A DNA stretch of 64,000 nt from Amoebidium appalachense (GCA_963693365.1 CAVNZM010000006.1:3930267-3994266); one strand, 5' to 3'. Positions 36,447 through 50,587 are shown, counted from the first letter of the stretch. Translations and numbers: made by a program. The notes: generated by a model from the sequence alone, not told the origin.

Positions 36447-38737
36447 CGGTGCTTTACAGGTCAACTACATGCATTGCCCTGCACATAACACATTTTGCAT
36501 TTCCCACGTCCCAACCATAAGTGTGCGCACATGTACAACCACACACCAGGTCACTTCCAACGTGCAACACACATTTCTGCACCTATAATCACGACATAGT
36601 AATAACAAAAATGCGTACTAACCCTTATAAAAAGCACGTGCTTGCGTTTTTTGTTTTTGTTTTTTTGTTTTTTTGTTTTTTTTGGTTCCCTCCCCCAGCT
36701 ACATTCATAATCATGATATACTAATAACAATGAGCTAACTCTGTCCTAAAAAAACACGCGTGCTAATAATGTTTTTTTTTTTTTTTTTGCCCCCACAGCT
36801 ATGCGTCCGTGCTGTACGAAGACAGCACAGTCAACCGCATGCACGAGGACCTTGACCTGTTTGCCAGCACCCTCAACACGGCTGCGTTCCACAGCACGCC
36901 CATCTACCTGATCTTCAACAAGAAGGATCTGTTCGAGTCCATGCTGCGCAAGAAGCCCCTCACCACCTGCTTCCCTGACTACCCCGGATCATCGGGTATG
37001 TGTGTGTAAAATGGATGGTTTTTGGCAAGTGTGTGGAGGTTTGTTGTGTCTCTGGTAAGGGATGGTTCTGCACTTGTGTGTGCGCGGTGAAGGTTTTAGG
37101 GAGGGGGTTCCCGTGTAGTGTGTGGGCGGGCGCCGAATTGTCCTTCTTCTTGGATTGTTTCGGCAGTGTTCTCCGGTAAGGGATTTGCCAATATTTGCAT
37201 GTGTGTCATGTAAATTGATAGGGATAGGGGTCGGTGGTGTGTGTGTTGCCCGTTTCTTGTTGAGTGTGTGTATGTGTGCACGGGGGGGTGGAGAAGGGGA
37301 AGGGGGGGGGGGGGGGGGGGGGGGGGGGAGGGGCACACACATTTCACGATATAAAGCAGACTGCTGCGTGGGCAGTTTATGGTCATGTTTTTTGTTTTTG
37401 GGTTACTGACGCTCAAACACCACACAGAGAACGTTGTGGAAGCCATCGACTTCCTGACGGAGAAGTTCCGCAGCAAGCTGACGAACAACAGCGAGCGGCT
37501 CAAGGCCCACGCCATTGCTGCCCGGTTCAAGCGCGACGTCAAAACCGTGTGGGAGGAGATAGCAATCGACCTCAAAAACCAACACCAAAAGGACATTGCA
37601 GAGGCCACACGGGGATTAGCGCGCATGAGCAAAGCCAAGGAGAGCAAAGACAAGAAGGCAGAAAAGGAGGAGAAGAAGAAGAAGGAACAGGGTACCGCAT
37701 CCCCTAGCGGCTCCCCGCGCCTCACGCCAAAGTTCCTTCGCAAGAAGAAGAAGGAAGATCACAAGGAGTCTGCCGCCCCTTCCGAGTCTATCAGTTCGAC
37801 CGGTGCCGCCGCCGCCGCGGCTGTTGGTGGCGCCGCAGCGGCTGCGGCGGTTGCAAGCAGTGATTCGCCGGCGGCAGAGAAGAAACCAAAGAAGGGGGTT
37901 AAGTTTGACGCTGCAGCCGAGGACACGGGTGCGGAGGAGAAACACACGGCAAAGAGCACGGAGGGGTTGAAGGTAGACCCTATGGCGGAAGATGAGGAAG
38001 CTGCAGCCGCCGCTGCCGCTACCACCACACCTGCTCAAGAGGAAAAATCGGAGGAAAATAAGAAGGATGAAGCCCCCGCCGTGGGGGGTGATGAGACAGG
38101 AAAAGAGAAGGAGGGAACGGTGGAGAAGGAGAAAGAAGAGGAGGAGGAGGAGGAGAAGGATACGCACAAGGCACATAGGTCCCATTCCCCACCACCACCA
38201 GCACCCGTTGAAGACGAAAAGACAGATGAACAGGAGAAAGAAGAGGAAGAGAAAGAAGAAGAGAAACCGAAGGAAGAGGAAAAGGAGGAAAAGAAAGAGT
38301 CGCCCGACGTGGAACCATCACCCCCCCCGCCTGCGGTAGAGGAGGTTAGTGCGTCGGGAAAAACGTCGGAGCAACCAAAAGAGAAGAAGGAGGAGGAGGA
38401 AGAAAAGAAGGGAGAGAAAAAGGAAGAGGTAGAGACCCCAACGGTGACAGAGCCGGCGGTTTCGGCGGCGGTGGTGACAGAGGTGGCAGCCGTGGTTGAA
38501 GAGAAAAAGGAGGAAGTGAAGGAGGCACAGAAAACGGAGAAAACGGAGGATGTTTCGAATGCTACAGAGAAAGACAGTGAGCCGCAAACACCAGCGGAGG
38601 AGGTGAAGGAGCCGGAAAAGGGACAGGAGAAGGACACGGTGGAGGAAAAGGTTGCACAGGCGGCAAAGCCGACGGCGGAGTCCATTACGGCCGGTGCACA
38701 TGCTACTGCAGATGAAGTGGAGACTGAGACGAGTTGA
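31116..38737 (+). CDS. Heterotrimeric G protein alpha subunit with long acidic C-terminal extension, 7 exons, ~732 aa
   Basis: Exons are 31116-31233, 32338-32528, 33185-33342, 34183-34311, 34742-34837, 36799-36995 and 37428-38737 (2199 nt, all GT-AG, in phase). Motifs are [47 protein letters not shown] and FNKKD. Confidence 0.95.
35537..35626 (+). mobile_element. 3'-terminal fragment of structured repeat subfamily A in G-alpha intron 5
   Basis: cttattatgcatactc...gtacttcgtactttatgacgcattcaaa lies between C-rich runs. Confidence 0.8.
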
Positions 38738-39023
38738 TTGGGGTTGTGATGAAATGTGTGGAGGGTATTTTGTGTGTTGGGGGGGGGGGGGGGGGGGGAG
38801 AGGGGGGGGGGGGGGGGATGTATGGACAACATAGCGGTGTGTTGTTGTGTGTGTTGAAGAGGGGGTGATGTGGTGGACGTGTGGGTGCTGTATAATAAAT
38901 TTGGCGGGTGCTTGGTAATGAGAATATCTTAAATTTTGATTTGTGGGTGATTAGTGTTGGTATGGGCTGAAGGTACCTCGGCATCATTATTTTTGGTATA
39001 GAAACTAGAACTATCTGCTGAAT

Positions 39024-39070
<47 letters not shown>

Positions 39071-39676
39071 TAAGGAGGGCTACACCACTTAGCTACGGCG
39101 GTTGCCCCGCTAAATCATTAGCATTGTTCTGTATGTGAAACTGGGTTTCTGTTGCACGATTCTACATCATTTGATTGTTTTTAATGATTTGATTTGTGAC
39201 TACCCCTTATTTAGACCCCATATAGTAGACTGAATCTAGCGGTTGCGCAAAACAGGTATTTCATATAGCCGACCCCGATTTTCCGTTTATTTCCTTTGCT
39301 TGCTCGGCATTATCTTATTTTCGCCGGGATTGTTGAGTACGTCTGCCAGAACACAACCCTTTTCTTTTACATTTACCTTCTGATTTTCGTTTTTGTTTTG
39401 CTTTGTGATACCTTCCTATTCACTTTTTTGTTTCTTTTTTCCGTTTCATTTATTTTTCCGTTTCATTTTGACACCCTGGTAGTATTAGCTATGTGGGGTT
39501 AAGCCACGGGCAGGGACAGTGCCTCGTTGCGTTGTTGGGGTGGCGGTGGTGCCGTGCAACTAACTTACCGTAATATGAAACCCACACCACCATATTTTCG
39601 TCCTCTGAAGATATGCTATTACCCGTTCTAAGGCGGCGTGGTTAACTTCCCCCTTCCCCCCCCTCCCCCCCCCCCC

Positions 39677-39707
<31 letters not shown>

Positions 39708-39750
39708 ACACAGAGTCACACACACAAACACACACACAGCCAATTCCTCC

Positions 39751-40046
39751 AGCCCCGTCTCCTGAGTTCCTATTCATATTTTTCTTGCTTCTGCTTACTG
39801 CTGCAACTTTAACCCCCGGCCTTTCCCATTGCCCTTGCCTGTTGTACGTGTGCTCGCATGAGTAAACCCTGCAGGCTCGTCTTGAGTCGATCAAGACGGG
39901 TGACTAACTCGTGTTCAAGTGAAACAGTATCTGAGTTCATTCCTTGAGATGATCGCGGGTCTAAGCTTGAGTTTGGGTACTGTGGATGACTTGGACCGCG
40001 GCGCAAACACCTGAGGATCGGCTTTGCTTATTATGCATACTCTTTG
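39751..40046 (+). mobile_element. Diverged copy of structured repeat subfamily A
   Basis: Reads agccccgtctcctgagttcc...gttcaagtgaaacagtatctgagtt...gggtactgtggatgac...cctgaggat...cttattatgcatactcttt. Confidence 0.82.
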
Positions 40047-41604
40047 AAACTTGTGTGCAATTACACCCCTATGCATATGTTTATGGTCATGTACCATACG
40101 TATAGTAGCTAAGCGAGGCCTAGGTACGGCCACTGGCTAGAACCAAAAGAACACAAAAAACAAACTATAGTATTGAGGGGGGGAAAGAATTGGTGGTGGT
40201 GGTGGTGGGGGGGGGGGGGGGGGGGAGCACACGTACGGGGCCCGTGCAAGCAGAGTTTTTTCTTGTTAATGGACTTTAGTTAGATCGGAGTATCTGCAGA
40301 GGGTTAAAAACGGATATGTACACAGGACAAATGCCATAGAACAACGAGCACTTCGCTTAGATGGCTTCACCGGATATCCAACGAGATATACCAAATACGA
40401 AATTTCCTTCCAAAACTCCAGCGGCCCCGGGGTCAACAATCACTGAACTGTTCAAATGTAGGAGCAAGAGGCACTATAGTATACTTTTTAAAACTCGGCA
40501 AATAATAAAAGGAGTGGTACGCGTACGGTATAGCGGGTAAACGTGTGCTACAAGCCGAACAAGCAACTTAACATACTACATCGGCCCACTGGCAGGTGGT
40601 TTCCGTCGAAAATGTTATCAGAAGCCTTTAGTAGTACAGACACGGTTACGAAGGACATACAATAGCATAGGAGATCATGAATTATCGTACTGAGACGTAG
40701 GTTTCCTAATATGGAAAGGAATGCTACTCGCTAACGGCCCAAACGGGCCGGTCTGCAAGAAAGCGCCTAAGAATTATGTAATAATATCAGCATATATATA
40801 TTCAGTGCTGCGGTATATCCTTGCATACACTTATCTTTCCTCAGAATATTAATTAACCCCAAATTTCAAGTGAGCCAAGCCTCGTTCTAATATGTGCCAA
40901 ATTTGTCAGCTATCTGCAGATCCGAAAATAAAGGAGATATTTGCTGGCGAACAGATATATTAAATATTTTGGATACTAAGTTATTCTCCGTGAAGGAAAT
41001 GACCAGTATGTGTATGTGTGTGCACGTGCATGCACGTGTGCCTGTGTGCACGGCCACTCGCCACCTAGCTCAGTGCGTTCGTGTGTGCGTTCGGGGTGGG
41101 TGCCCACGTGCGTGCTGTGTGTGTGTGCAAGCCTGGGCACGAGCTCGAGTCACACCTGTGTATCAGATGATGCGAGTGACTGTCTTACTTCTGCTTTTCT
41201 GTTTTTGAGTTCCGGATCGGAGGTGTGTAGAGGACACCTACACACATGTCACGACACATGCCACTGGATGCTGGTTATGTTGAGTGTGTGGTTGATGATC
41301 AGGCAAGTTCGGGTAAGTATGGCACTACATGCATAGTAGTAGGTGTGTGCATGTGGTAACATGCGTGTGTAGGTGCGTGGCCGTATGTATATAGCACGTG
41401 TGTGCGTGCACGTGTCCATGTAATACGTGTGTGTGTGCGCGTGTAGATGCAATTGTGCATGTGTTTGTTTTACCGTGACGTGTGTGTATGCATGCATATG
41501 TGCGGTATGTGCGAGTGTGTGGGTGCCATGGCATTGTGCATGTTTGTGTGTGTACAGGGTGTGTGTGTGTGTGTGTCACGTGTGTGTGTGTGTGTGTGTG
41601 TGTG

Positions 41605-41642
<38 letters not shown>

Positions 41643-41745
41643 CGTGCGCGCGCGCGCGCGTGCGTGCGTCGGTAGCCTCCCGTGCACACGTACACGTGAC
41701 TGTGTGTGAGGGCCCAACCACATAGGCTGATATCAACCTGCTCGG

Positions 41746-42180
41746 AGCAGAATTATTCTGCAAAAAGCAGAATTATTCTGCTATAAGCAGAATTATTCAG
41801 CAAACGCAGAATAATGATGCAAAAGCACTGAGAATCAATGTAGAAAGCAGAATCAATCTGCTATAAGCAGAATCAATCTGCTGAAAGCAGAATTATTCTG
41901 CTAAAAGCAGAAATATATCATCTGAGACAAGCAGAATTGTTCTGCTATAAGCAGAATTTTTCTGTTCAGCCTGACTGAGTGTCAGGAGCAGAATAACTTT
42001 GCTTTTTGCGGAATGATCTGCTAAAAGCAGCGTAGTTCGAATTCTGCATGAAGCAGAATAATTCTGCCACAAGCAGGGTGATTCTGCTTTTGCGGAATAA
42101 TTCTGCTAAAAGCAGAATAATTCTGTTACTTGAAGCAGAGTGATTCTTAGTAAAAAAGCTAAATAGTTCTGCTTTTGCAC
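41746..42180. repeat. Minisatellite of ~20-bp palindromic units (AGCAGAATTATTCTGCT) that flips orientation around a central hairpin
   Basis: Left units read GCAGAATTATTCTGC and right units read GCAGAATAATTCTGC (the reverse complement). The centre is CCTGAC-tgagt-GTCAGG at 41970-41986. Confidence 0.85.
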
Positions 42181-43299
42181 AATGATCATTACGTAGTATG
42201 GTGTGTGTTTGTGTGTACAACTTATAGTACTACTGCCTAACTAAATAGGCTACAACACATAATCTAGTAGTGACGATACCCAGTATACACTGAGCATATG
42301 CATGCCACAGTGCATGGCCAGTTTGATAACACAGTCACCTTGGGGGGATTCTTTTTTGTTCGGTACATTTGATGGCGTACTGCATATTGAATGAGCTTAA
42401 TCAGCTAATAATAATAGCTGCATGCGCATCATGCCAGATCCCGCGCGCTGTCCCAGCCCTTCTCCCATTTTGCAGGTCTCCCCCAACCACCCTCCCCCCC
42501 ATGCCCCAAAACGTGCACACACACACACACACACACATACGCACACACACACACACATGCCCATATACATACATGTGTACACACACACCGGCACACAAAC
42601 ACAACATACGTGAGGGCGTGCACTTTCTCCGTGCATCCACATGTCGACTCAAAATGTGCAAGAGCACCAGGCCAATCACATTTGAATTTTCGTAGAAATT
42701 ATGTTACGAATACGAAACCAATGAACTTGCAAGTTTTCCTTTATTATGCATTCCACATGGCCTGAGCCACGAGCCACAGGGCATGTTAGGTAGGCTGTCA
42801 CTGGTGAGCAGGCGAACTCCCACGCATTTCCAAAAATAGGCCTGCCACGACCATGTTGCAAATGCAAACAGGCGGTGGCCTTGTATTTAGCCTGTAATGC
42901 TCAAGCATAACAAGTACTTTTGCTTCTGGCATTCATTTTGGCCTCCTAATAGTAATACAACAGCTGTGATCATCGGATCTTCGAATTCGAGGAATTTGAG
43001 ATAAAATGCTGTCCCGCATTGTGATTGGTCGTCATTTCGTCCTCTTACAAGATGAAATTTCTTCGAATCTGCCTAACCTTCCTCCTTCGAACCCTGCCAC
43101 GGGGCCCCGGCTCGTCGCTGGACATAAATGTGAAGCTAGTGGGGAGGGAAGAGGGGGGAGGGGGCGGGGAAGGAGTGATAAGAGAATGGGAAATAGAGGA
43201 AGGGAGGAAGGGGACAGAGAGCAAAAGAGCTCGAGAGGGGGGAAGAGGGGGGAGGGGGGGGGGGGGGGGAGAGGGAGAGGGGGGGGGGAGAGTGAGAGA

Positions 43300-43810
<511 letters not shown>

Positions 43811-44089
43811 CGACAGAGAAAGCTGTGAAAAGAGTACCGATCACGAGAAGAAGAGGTTCACTTTTTCAATTATTACATTGTAGAGCTTTTATGATGATAA
43901 TACACTTGTATCGGTAGTAGATAATATTTTTTATCGTGAGTATACTGCAGTATGTTCACTACATGCGAGTTTCGTTCGGAAACAGCACGCATCGCCGATT
44001 CGCCAGGCCCATGTTGCGAAGTGGAGGTAGTGGTGTAGGGACCTCTACCTTACTCGTTATTAATCCAGGGATTTGTGTAACTAGGCGAT

Positions 44090-44490
44090 ATGATTGGCCA
44101 CTTCCAAATATTGGAATCAACGTTCTATTTCGCCACGTTTCTTTTATCGGTTTTTTTTAAGCCGGAGACACCCGCATTCCACCCAAAAACGACGGGTGGT
44201 GTTACGAAGGCCCACATTCAACTAGATCGATGGCATGCTTAATGGAATGCGGTATGTGAAAAAGACGGATTTGCTTTACACGATAACCGGTCAATCGTTA
44301 ACATTTCTGGAATAGATCTACCCAATCGCAACGCTAATTAGGTGATAACGAGGGTAAGCTAAGCCAATCAGGCAGCAACCGACCTTGACCAGTACCGAAA
44401 GCATTTTATCTACTTGAGCCCACCAGTGCATAAACATGGACCAATCGACCCAATCGGAGCATACTTTTGGTGTCAAAATGATTGGACAGA
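44090..44490. promoter_or_regulatory. Cluster of CCAAT boxes upstream of the serine protease
   Basis: tgATTGGc (~44091), cCCAATc (~44321), agCCAATc (~44362), aCCAATcgacCCAATc (~44440) and tgATTGG (~44479). Confidence 0.45.
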
Positions 44491-44802
44491 ACTTGTAAGA
44501 CATAAGAACCGTACACCACCACCTGGCATGATTTTCGCGAGTGGTCAAAATCTTACAGTTAGTGAGAGAAACAATATTCCAGAATTCATGGCATATCATT
44601 CTGGGGGTTTACGCATATCATACTTTCCTACACCACCACCTGAACCGTTCGCAACGTCCGCCAGCTGTCGCATACGGCGGCGTCTGGCATTCCTTTCTTA
44701 TGCGAGGACAAACCGGATAACAAACATGCAAACAGCAACAATGGCCACAGTTTTTGTGACACAAACGGAAGTCTCGGAATAACTATAGGCAAAACAAGCA
44801 GA

Positions 44803-45705
44803 ATGAAACACAGACCGCAAGAAACTTTTTTTTATGGCCGCTATTTTCAGACTCTTGCACTCATTTACACGTGCCTTTCCGCCGTTACTACGGCCCTACC
44901 ATCCAGTCCATCTACACGTCACTCTCCGGCAACCACTGAACAACCCGATGTTCTAACTCCCCAACCTCGCATCTTTGGTGGGGAGACGGCTGAAGAAAAG
45001 GTACCTTGGATGGTATCTCTGCAACGAACCACCGGAGAACATTATTGCGGTGGCTCACTTATTGCACCCTCATGGGTACTTACCGCGGCCCACTGCTTAC
45101 TGAAAATTGGTGACCGGGTGGTCGTGGGTGCGTCATCGCTCCAAGACCTTGAGATGCAGGATGATGTTGAAGTGCGTGGCGTAAAAGCGATATTTCGACA
45201 CGAAAAATACATCTATGATAACGACATACTGCTGGTGCAGCTAGACAGCCCGGTAAATGCAGAGGTCATTCGGTTGAAATCGGGCCGCAAACTTGCGCAA
45301 AACGCCGAGTTCACCGCATATGGGTATGGCATGTTGGTCGACTGGCCGAAGAAGAAAGAAAAGAAGAGCAAGGCACTCCAAAAGGTAACACTCCAGCCCG
45401 TCTCCCCCCTCGTATGTCACAACGAGGGCGGGTATATTGTCAAACCCGGCACACAATTTTGCGCTGGTGGTGTTGAAAAGGACGTGTGTAAGGGGGACAG
45501 CGGCAGCCCGCTATTTTTAGAGTCCCGAGGCGGTGGAGCCTGCCAGGTGGGGTTGGTGAGTTTGGGATCTGCATGTTCGGAGACACCCCCTGGAGAAAAG
45601 CCTTATTTGAAAATGACGGTGTATACACATGTTCCAGCATTCATTAAGTGGGTCCGCTCGCAGATGAAAAGTGCGGAAAAATCGGCGAAAATCATTACTT
45701 GTTAA
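44803..45705 (+). CDS. Secreted trypsin-like serine protease (S1A), intronless
   Basis: Has a hydrophobic leader, activation site PR|IFGG, HYCGGSLI, LTAAHC, NDILL and KDVCKGDSGSP. The catalytic triad is intact and Asp occupies the S1-pocket position. Confidence 0.95.
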   Translation: MKHRPQETFFYGRYFQTLALIYTCLSAVTTALPSSPSTRHSPATTEQPDVLTPQPRIFGGETAEEKVPWMVSLQRTTGEHYCGGSLIAPSWVLTAAHCLLKIGDRVVVGASSLQDLEMQDDVEVRGVKAIFRHEKYIYDNDILLVQLDSPVNAEVIRLKSGRKLAQNAEFTAYGYGMLVDWPKKKEKKSKALQKVTLQPVSPLVCHNEGGYIVKPGTQFCAGGVEKDVCKGDSGSPLFLESRGGGACQVGLVSLGSACSETPPGEKPYLKMTVYTHVPAFIKWVRSQMKSAEKSAKIITC

Positions 45706-48654
45706 AATGTAAACTAGGTGTATGCATTAATAGGTCCTCGTAAGTTGGCGGCCTCAGTTGGTGGAGGATATGCGAGCGGTATGTAGTAGTGTAGCGAAAT
45801 ATAGGAGGGGTTTTAGGTCAGGTTAGTGACCTCTAACCCAAGCCGCGTAAATATATAGTATAAAACTTTGGAAGTTCTTGCGCCAAACCTGTGTGCATGA
45901 TCACACGTCTACAGTTGAGGAGTCTGTTTTAGTACTCTCCGCATAAATAAGTTGCGTATGTATTTAAGCCCGACGCCTTCTTTTCTTTTTGTATGTAAAG
46001 CAATTCCTATGAGAAACGCCTGAGGGGTTCCTTCAGGCCCAAAACGAGATAATAATAAAAACCAAAGACAAATTTAACCACCGCGACTAGCGCTCACGTT
46101 TGAAAGGGTCATCGTGCAATAAACACTCGGTGTAACGTCGGCGCACCACACTGACAAGCACCCACATAACGTTATAACCTCCCAATCACCAGATGATACA
46201 CCCACCCACTAGTTCCCCTCGTTTCTTTCCCCACCCTCCACACCCACTACACTACCATCACCCGAATAGGCCCACACACACGTGCACACACACACAGGCA
46301 GCGAGAAAGCCACACGCCCATCTTGCACTGTGCTAGTGTGTGCACAAGTACACACGTGACACGTACGAGCGTGTTAATTGCATCACACTAACAACGCCCA
46401 ATACTTCACATACACTGTATACCATGCAGTTGACAGCTGACTTGATGATCTATGAGAGCGCCACTACGTCTCCCTCGCCCTCCCCTTCCCCTCCCTCCCT
46501 CCCCTCCCTCCCCTCCCCCCACCTCCCCCGGGCACACACACACACGGCAAGAGGGGGGGGGGGGGGGGGGGGGGGGGGGCAGGGGGCATTCTTAAGGGGA
46601 AGGGTGGAGGTCCTATGAAAATGGGAACAACACACAAACGACAGGTCTGCATTGCCTGGCAGATTTAGCCGACTTTCGGGATCAGATGCCCTGAATGCAT
46701 GTTTTTGATCTTTCACTGCCGGTTACGGAGCTTGAGTTGTGAGCGTAGGGATACCACTAAAAAACGTGCACGCCATAAACACAGCGGGGAAACGTAATCT
46801 TGCTCTGTATAATCTCACATCAGCCGAACAAGCCCGGATGGGAGATCATTTAGTAAGCCACAAGCCGAGGGTTGTTCATATGACCATGTTTTTACCTTCA
46901 TATGAAAGTTTTCAAATTTTTCTGGCGGTGCAAGGCTCATCAGCTCCAACTCGATCAGCCATTTTTATGCCCAATATGGCATAGCACTGCCTTTCTGTCA
47001 AACTTTCCATTTATCAAATTTTCCTTTTCGGTCCATTTTTTTAAGTGTCTGAAGTTCACACGCCCTCTGTTTTTATATGAACACGCTCTTTGCAGCTGTG
47101 TATCACAAGCTCCTTATCCGCCGGTCTTCCTCCTCCGGGGCCTTCATTGGGACCTCCCCATGATGTGGACAATTGCGGGGGAGGGGGGGGGGGGGGGGGG
47201 GGGGGGGGAGGGGGGGAGGGGGGGGGGGGGGGGGTTGTGGTCGGGGGGCGGGGGGGAAGCATTCGAATGTTTCTTTTGCCAGAAATTGACTACGCCTTTG
47301 CACCATCACTGTTACGCGTAACGAACCCTAATTTTCTTAACACACGTCGTGGCCGATGTCCCCAACCCACGCGCCACACCGCATGATGCCGAACTGCCCG
47401 TGTAGACGACTATAAGTTGCTCAAGAATCCTCGGAACCCTTTAATATTCAGATTATGGTGTTCCTATCATGATCATGTGCACCCTCCTGCGAAGTTTCCG
47501 GCGAATCCAGGCTCCTCTAGTCTCCAAGGCTACTAGACCCACTGGCTTACGTAAGTGGCCGGGCACTACTATGTCGCCTGAACATACAACTTGGAAAAAC
47601 AAGGTATGTTGAGCCGCCGGGCCGCAGGCCCGCGCAGGGGGGCAGTCATGACTCAAAATGACTGAAGGCTCCTCACCGGCAATGTTTATTTTCGGTGGAG
47701 CTGGCTACGCCAATCAAATGCACGTATACCTGTGGTCGAAATCTCGCCACAGCTGCTAAAGTGCCTTGGATACATGAATCATATGGCTGTAAAGATTCAT
47801 GATTAGATTGTTTTAGAGGCATAAAGGCTCTATAAGTATATGTTTGTGTCTTTGAGAAAGATAAAAGTTATGTGACGCTTCGTAAACAGCTAGGATCAGT
47901 GTACCATATATTGGGTGGATAATAATGGATGGGTTTAATTCGATAAACATCATGTTACATATTTGACCACTAACAAGCCTGAACAATGATTGGTGTGTTT
48001 TGAACCAACTAAACCCCTTTGAGTTGAATGGGCCCCTACCGTAAGGAGATGTAAATCTAAGAAATTACTGAGCGAATTTCAAATTCTTGGATTTTGGGAG
48101 GGGTCGAAGAGTCTATGGTGTATGCTGCCGCAGCCTCAGACAAAACTCCATGTGATCACAGCCTTGTATTATTTTCATATTAGCCCAAATGATTGACATG
48201 TATAGCATGTGAACGGTTTTAAATTGTAGTTCCTGTGCGTTTAAGTCAGATCATCTGCATCCTCTTTCAGCAGCGGGAATGACCCGCGGCTAAGCTTACA
48301 CTCCAACTGATGATGCATATGAGCATGAGTTCCACTGCGAATGCTCTCTAAAATTTAAAGACCTTCAATGCTGGTATTTGTGGTCCTTACTTTCGCCTAG
48401 AATAAGTATTTCAACCTTAATAGCTCAGCATGGATATGGGTGTCGTGTGTCTTTTTTACGTCTAGTAGGGGACAGCACATTTACCTTCGATGCTGCTACC
48501 TGTAGGCCCGAGGAGATCTTACGTGTTTGGCCCAGATCCCTACTAAAGCTTCAAGAAGTCTCCTAAGCATACAAACAGGGTAGAACCTAACCATATAGAC
48601 ATGTTCTTTAAATTTATACAGTAAAATACAGATACTTATCATAGTGATTAGAAG

Positions 48655-50412
48655 ATGGCACAACGATCAACTACAGACATCCTCACAAACTCGCGTTTCG
48701 ACGAAACTTGGCAGGGCAATGCCATTTACAGAGCTCAGGCACCCGGGGCGTTGCACTGGACCCGCTCGGCAGTGTACAGGCCAGGAGATATAAATAGAAT
48801 CAAAAGGAGAAACAGCGATAGCAGTGTCTCTTTAAAGATCGCTAATTTGGAAGATGACGAAGACATCGTTAACGGAACTTCCAAAGGCCACGAGGGAAGC
48901 GTGACGTCCATAACATCCACCTGGACAAAACTAAAACGCAAGTCTTTGGAAGAGATTCACAGCGTGAAAAGCAGATTCCAGGCATCGAACCAAACGAACA
49001 GTCCACTCGCTCGTTCTCCGGGAACTTCACGGCGCAGCAGCTCCAAAACAATCCTCCCAAACATCAATTTACGCAAAAAATCATCAGATTGGCACTCCCC
49101 TGAGGTGCACCTAAGTGACGATGAATCGGGTACGGCGAGACCGAAGCTCGTTGTGAAAAAGGACTCAAAGGAGAAAACAAGGCCAATGCTAGGCTGCCCC
49201 GAGTCAGCAAAATCCCTCAGCCAGCCCACGTCACGAAAGGGTTCCCTCGCATCGCTACTGCAAGAGGCTGTGTCCGCAGGTCAGGGGTGTTTCCCCCTAA
49301 ACCGCACAGGGAGCGCTGAAAATTTCAACGTTTATAAATGGCCGAGTCATATTCCTCCCCCTGCCACACCGACTCCATCCCCACCCTTGTCTAACCCGAG
49401 TAACCTGTCGCCTGCACCTTCGATTACTGCCCACCACCACCCGATAGGAAAACGCTCATCGAATTTGAACCCAAATTTCGATTATAGGGGGGCTCTAGAG
49501 CGGCAAAGGTCAATTTACGCCACCAGGGATGTGGGGAATCCGAATGTACCGGTGTTGAGACGCATTCTAACGGGGAGGAATAAGGTGGAGAGGCAGCTGT
49601 ATGAAGAGTTTATTGCTATGGAATATAACCAGGTATAGCACGATTGGACCCCCCCCCCCTTCCCCCCCGATAACACAGAAACACATGTACACACGACAAA
49701 AGCTCACACACCCACACGTACACAGACACACACTTATCCACATACACACACACACACACACGCACACAACTAATCACGCAAAAAACACTTCGACCTCTGC
49801 ACCTCCTCCCTCTCCAAACACTCCTTCTTCCCCTCCCACAAGCCGAACCCTCCCCCCCCTCCCCCCTTCCTGCCCCCCTCCCTGCCCTCTTCCCCCCCCC
49901 TCCTTCCCCCCCCCCCCCCCTCCGCCCCCCCCCCCCACACACACACACACACTACACCAGACCCTCGATTTCACTATCGCCACCACAACCACTCAGCCAC
50001 ACCCTTATTTCCACCTCGCCCCCCCCCACCCCGCACCCCAGAAAGCACACACAGATACACACGCACACACGCCACGCACTGACACCGTGCCCTCAGGCAC
50101 ATACATACACACACACAGCATCCTCCCCCCCCACTCCCCCCCCCACCCACCTCACCCCATACTCCCCCCTCCCGGCCCCCCGCGGATACGGACAGATTTA
50201 GGACTTGATATTGGCTTCATTCTTGCCTAGATCAGTTCAGTTCACTCTACTCACCTTCTCTCCTTTTACAATCGACCTTCTCAACCGCTGAATGTCCCTC
50301 GCACATCTACTCCGTACACATACACACAAACCTCAAAATAGACAGCGGCGATGTACATAGCATATGACTGTGTGTGTGGGAGGCAATGTGTGTGTATGTG
50401 TGTGTGTGGGGG

Positions 50413-50443
<31 letters not shown>

Positions 50444-50541
50444 AGGGGGGGGGGGGGTAATATTTCTTCAGTGCTTTTTTTGCACCACCTTTTAACACAC
50501 GTCGTGACGCACATATCGCACCAAATGTCCCACAATCATGT

Positions 50542-50587
<46 letters not shown>

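Noticed and set aside
39400-39480. hAT-like terminus (reverse complement CAGGGTGTCAAAATGAAACGG) with subterminal repeats
   Set aside because: No matching second TIR or TSD was found.
41746-42180. CRISPR-like array
   Set aside because: The spacers are only 3-4 nt and not unique, there are no cas genes, and the context is eukaryotic.
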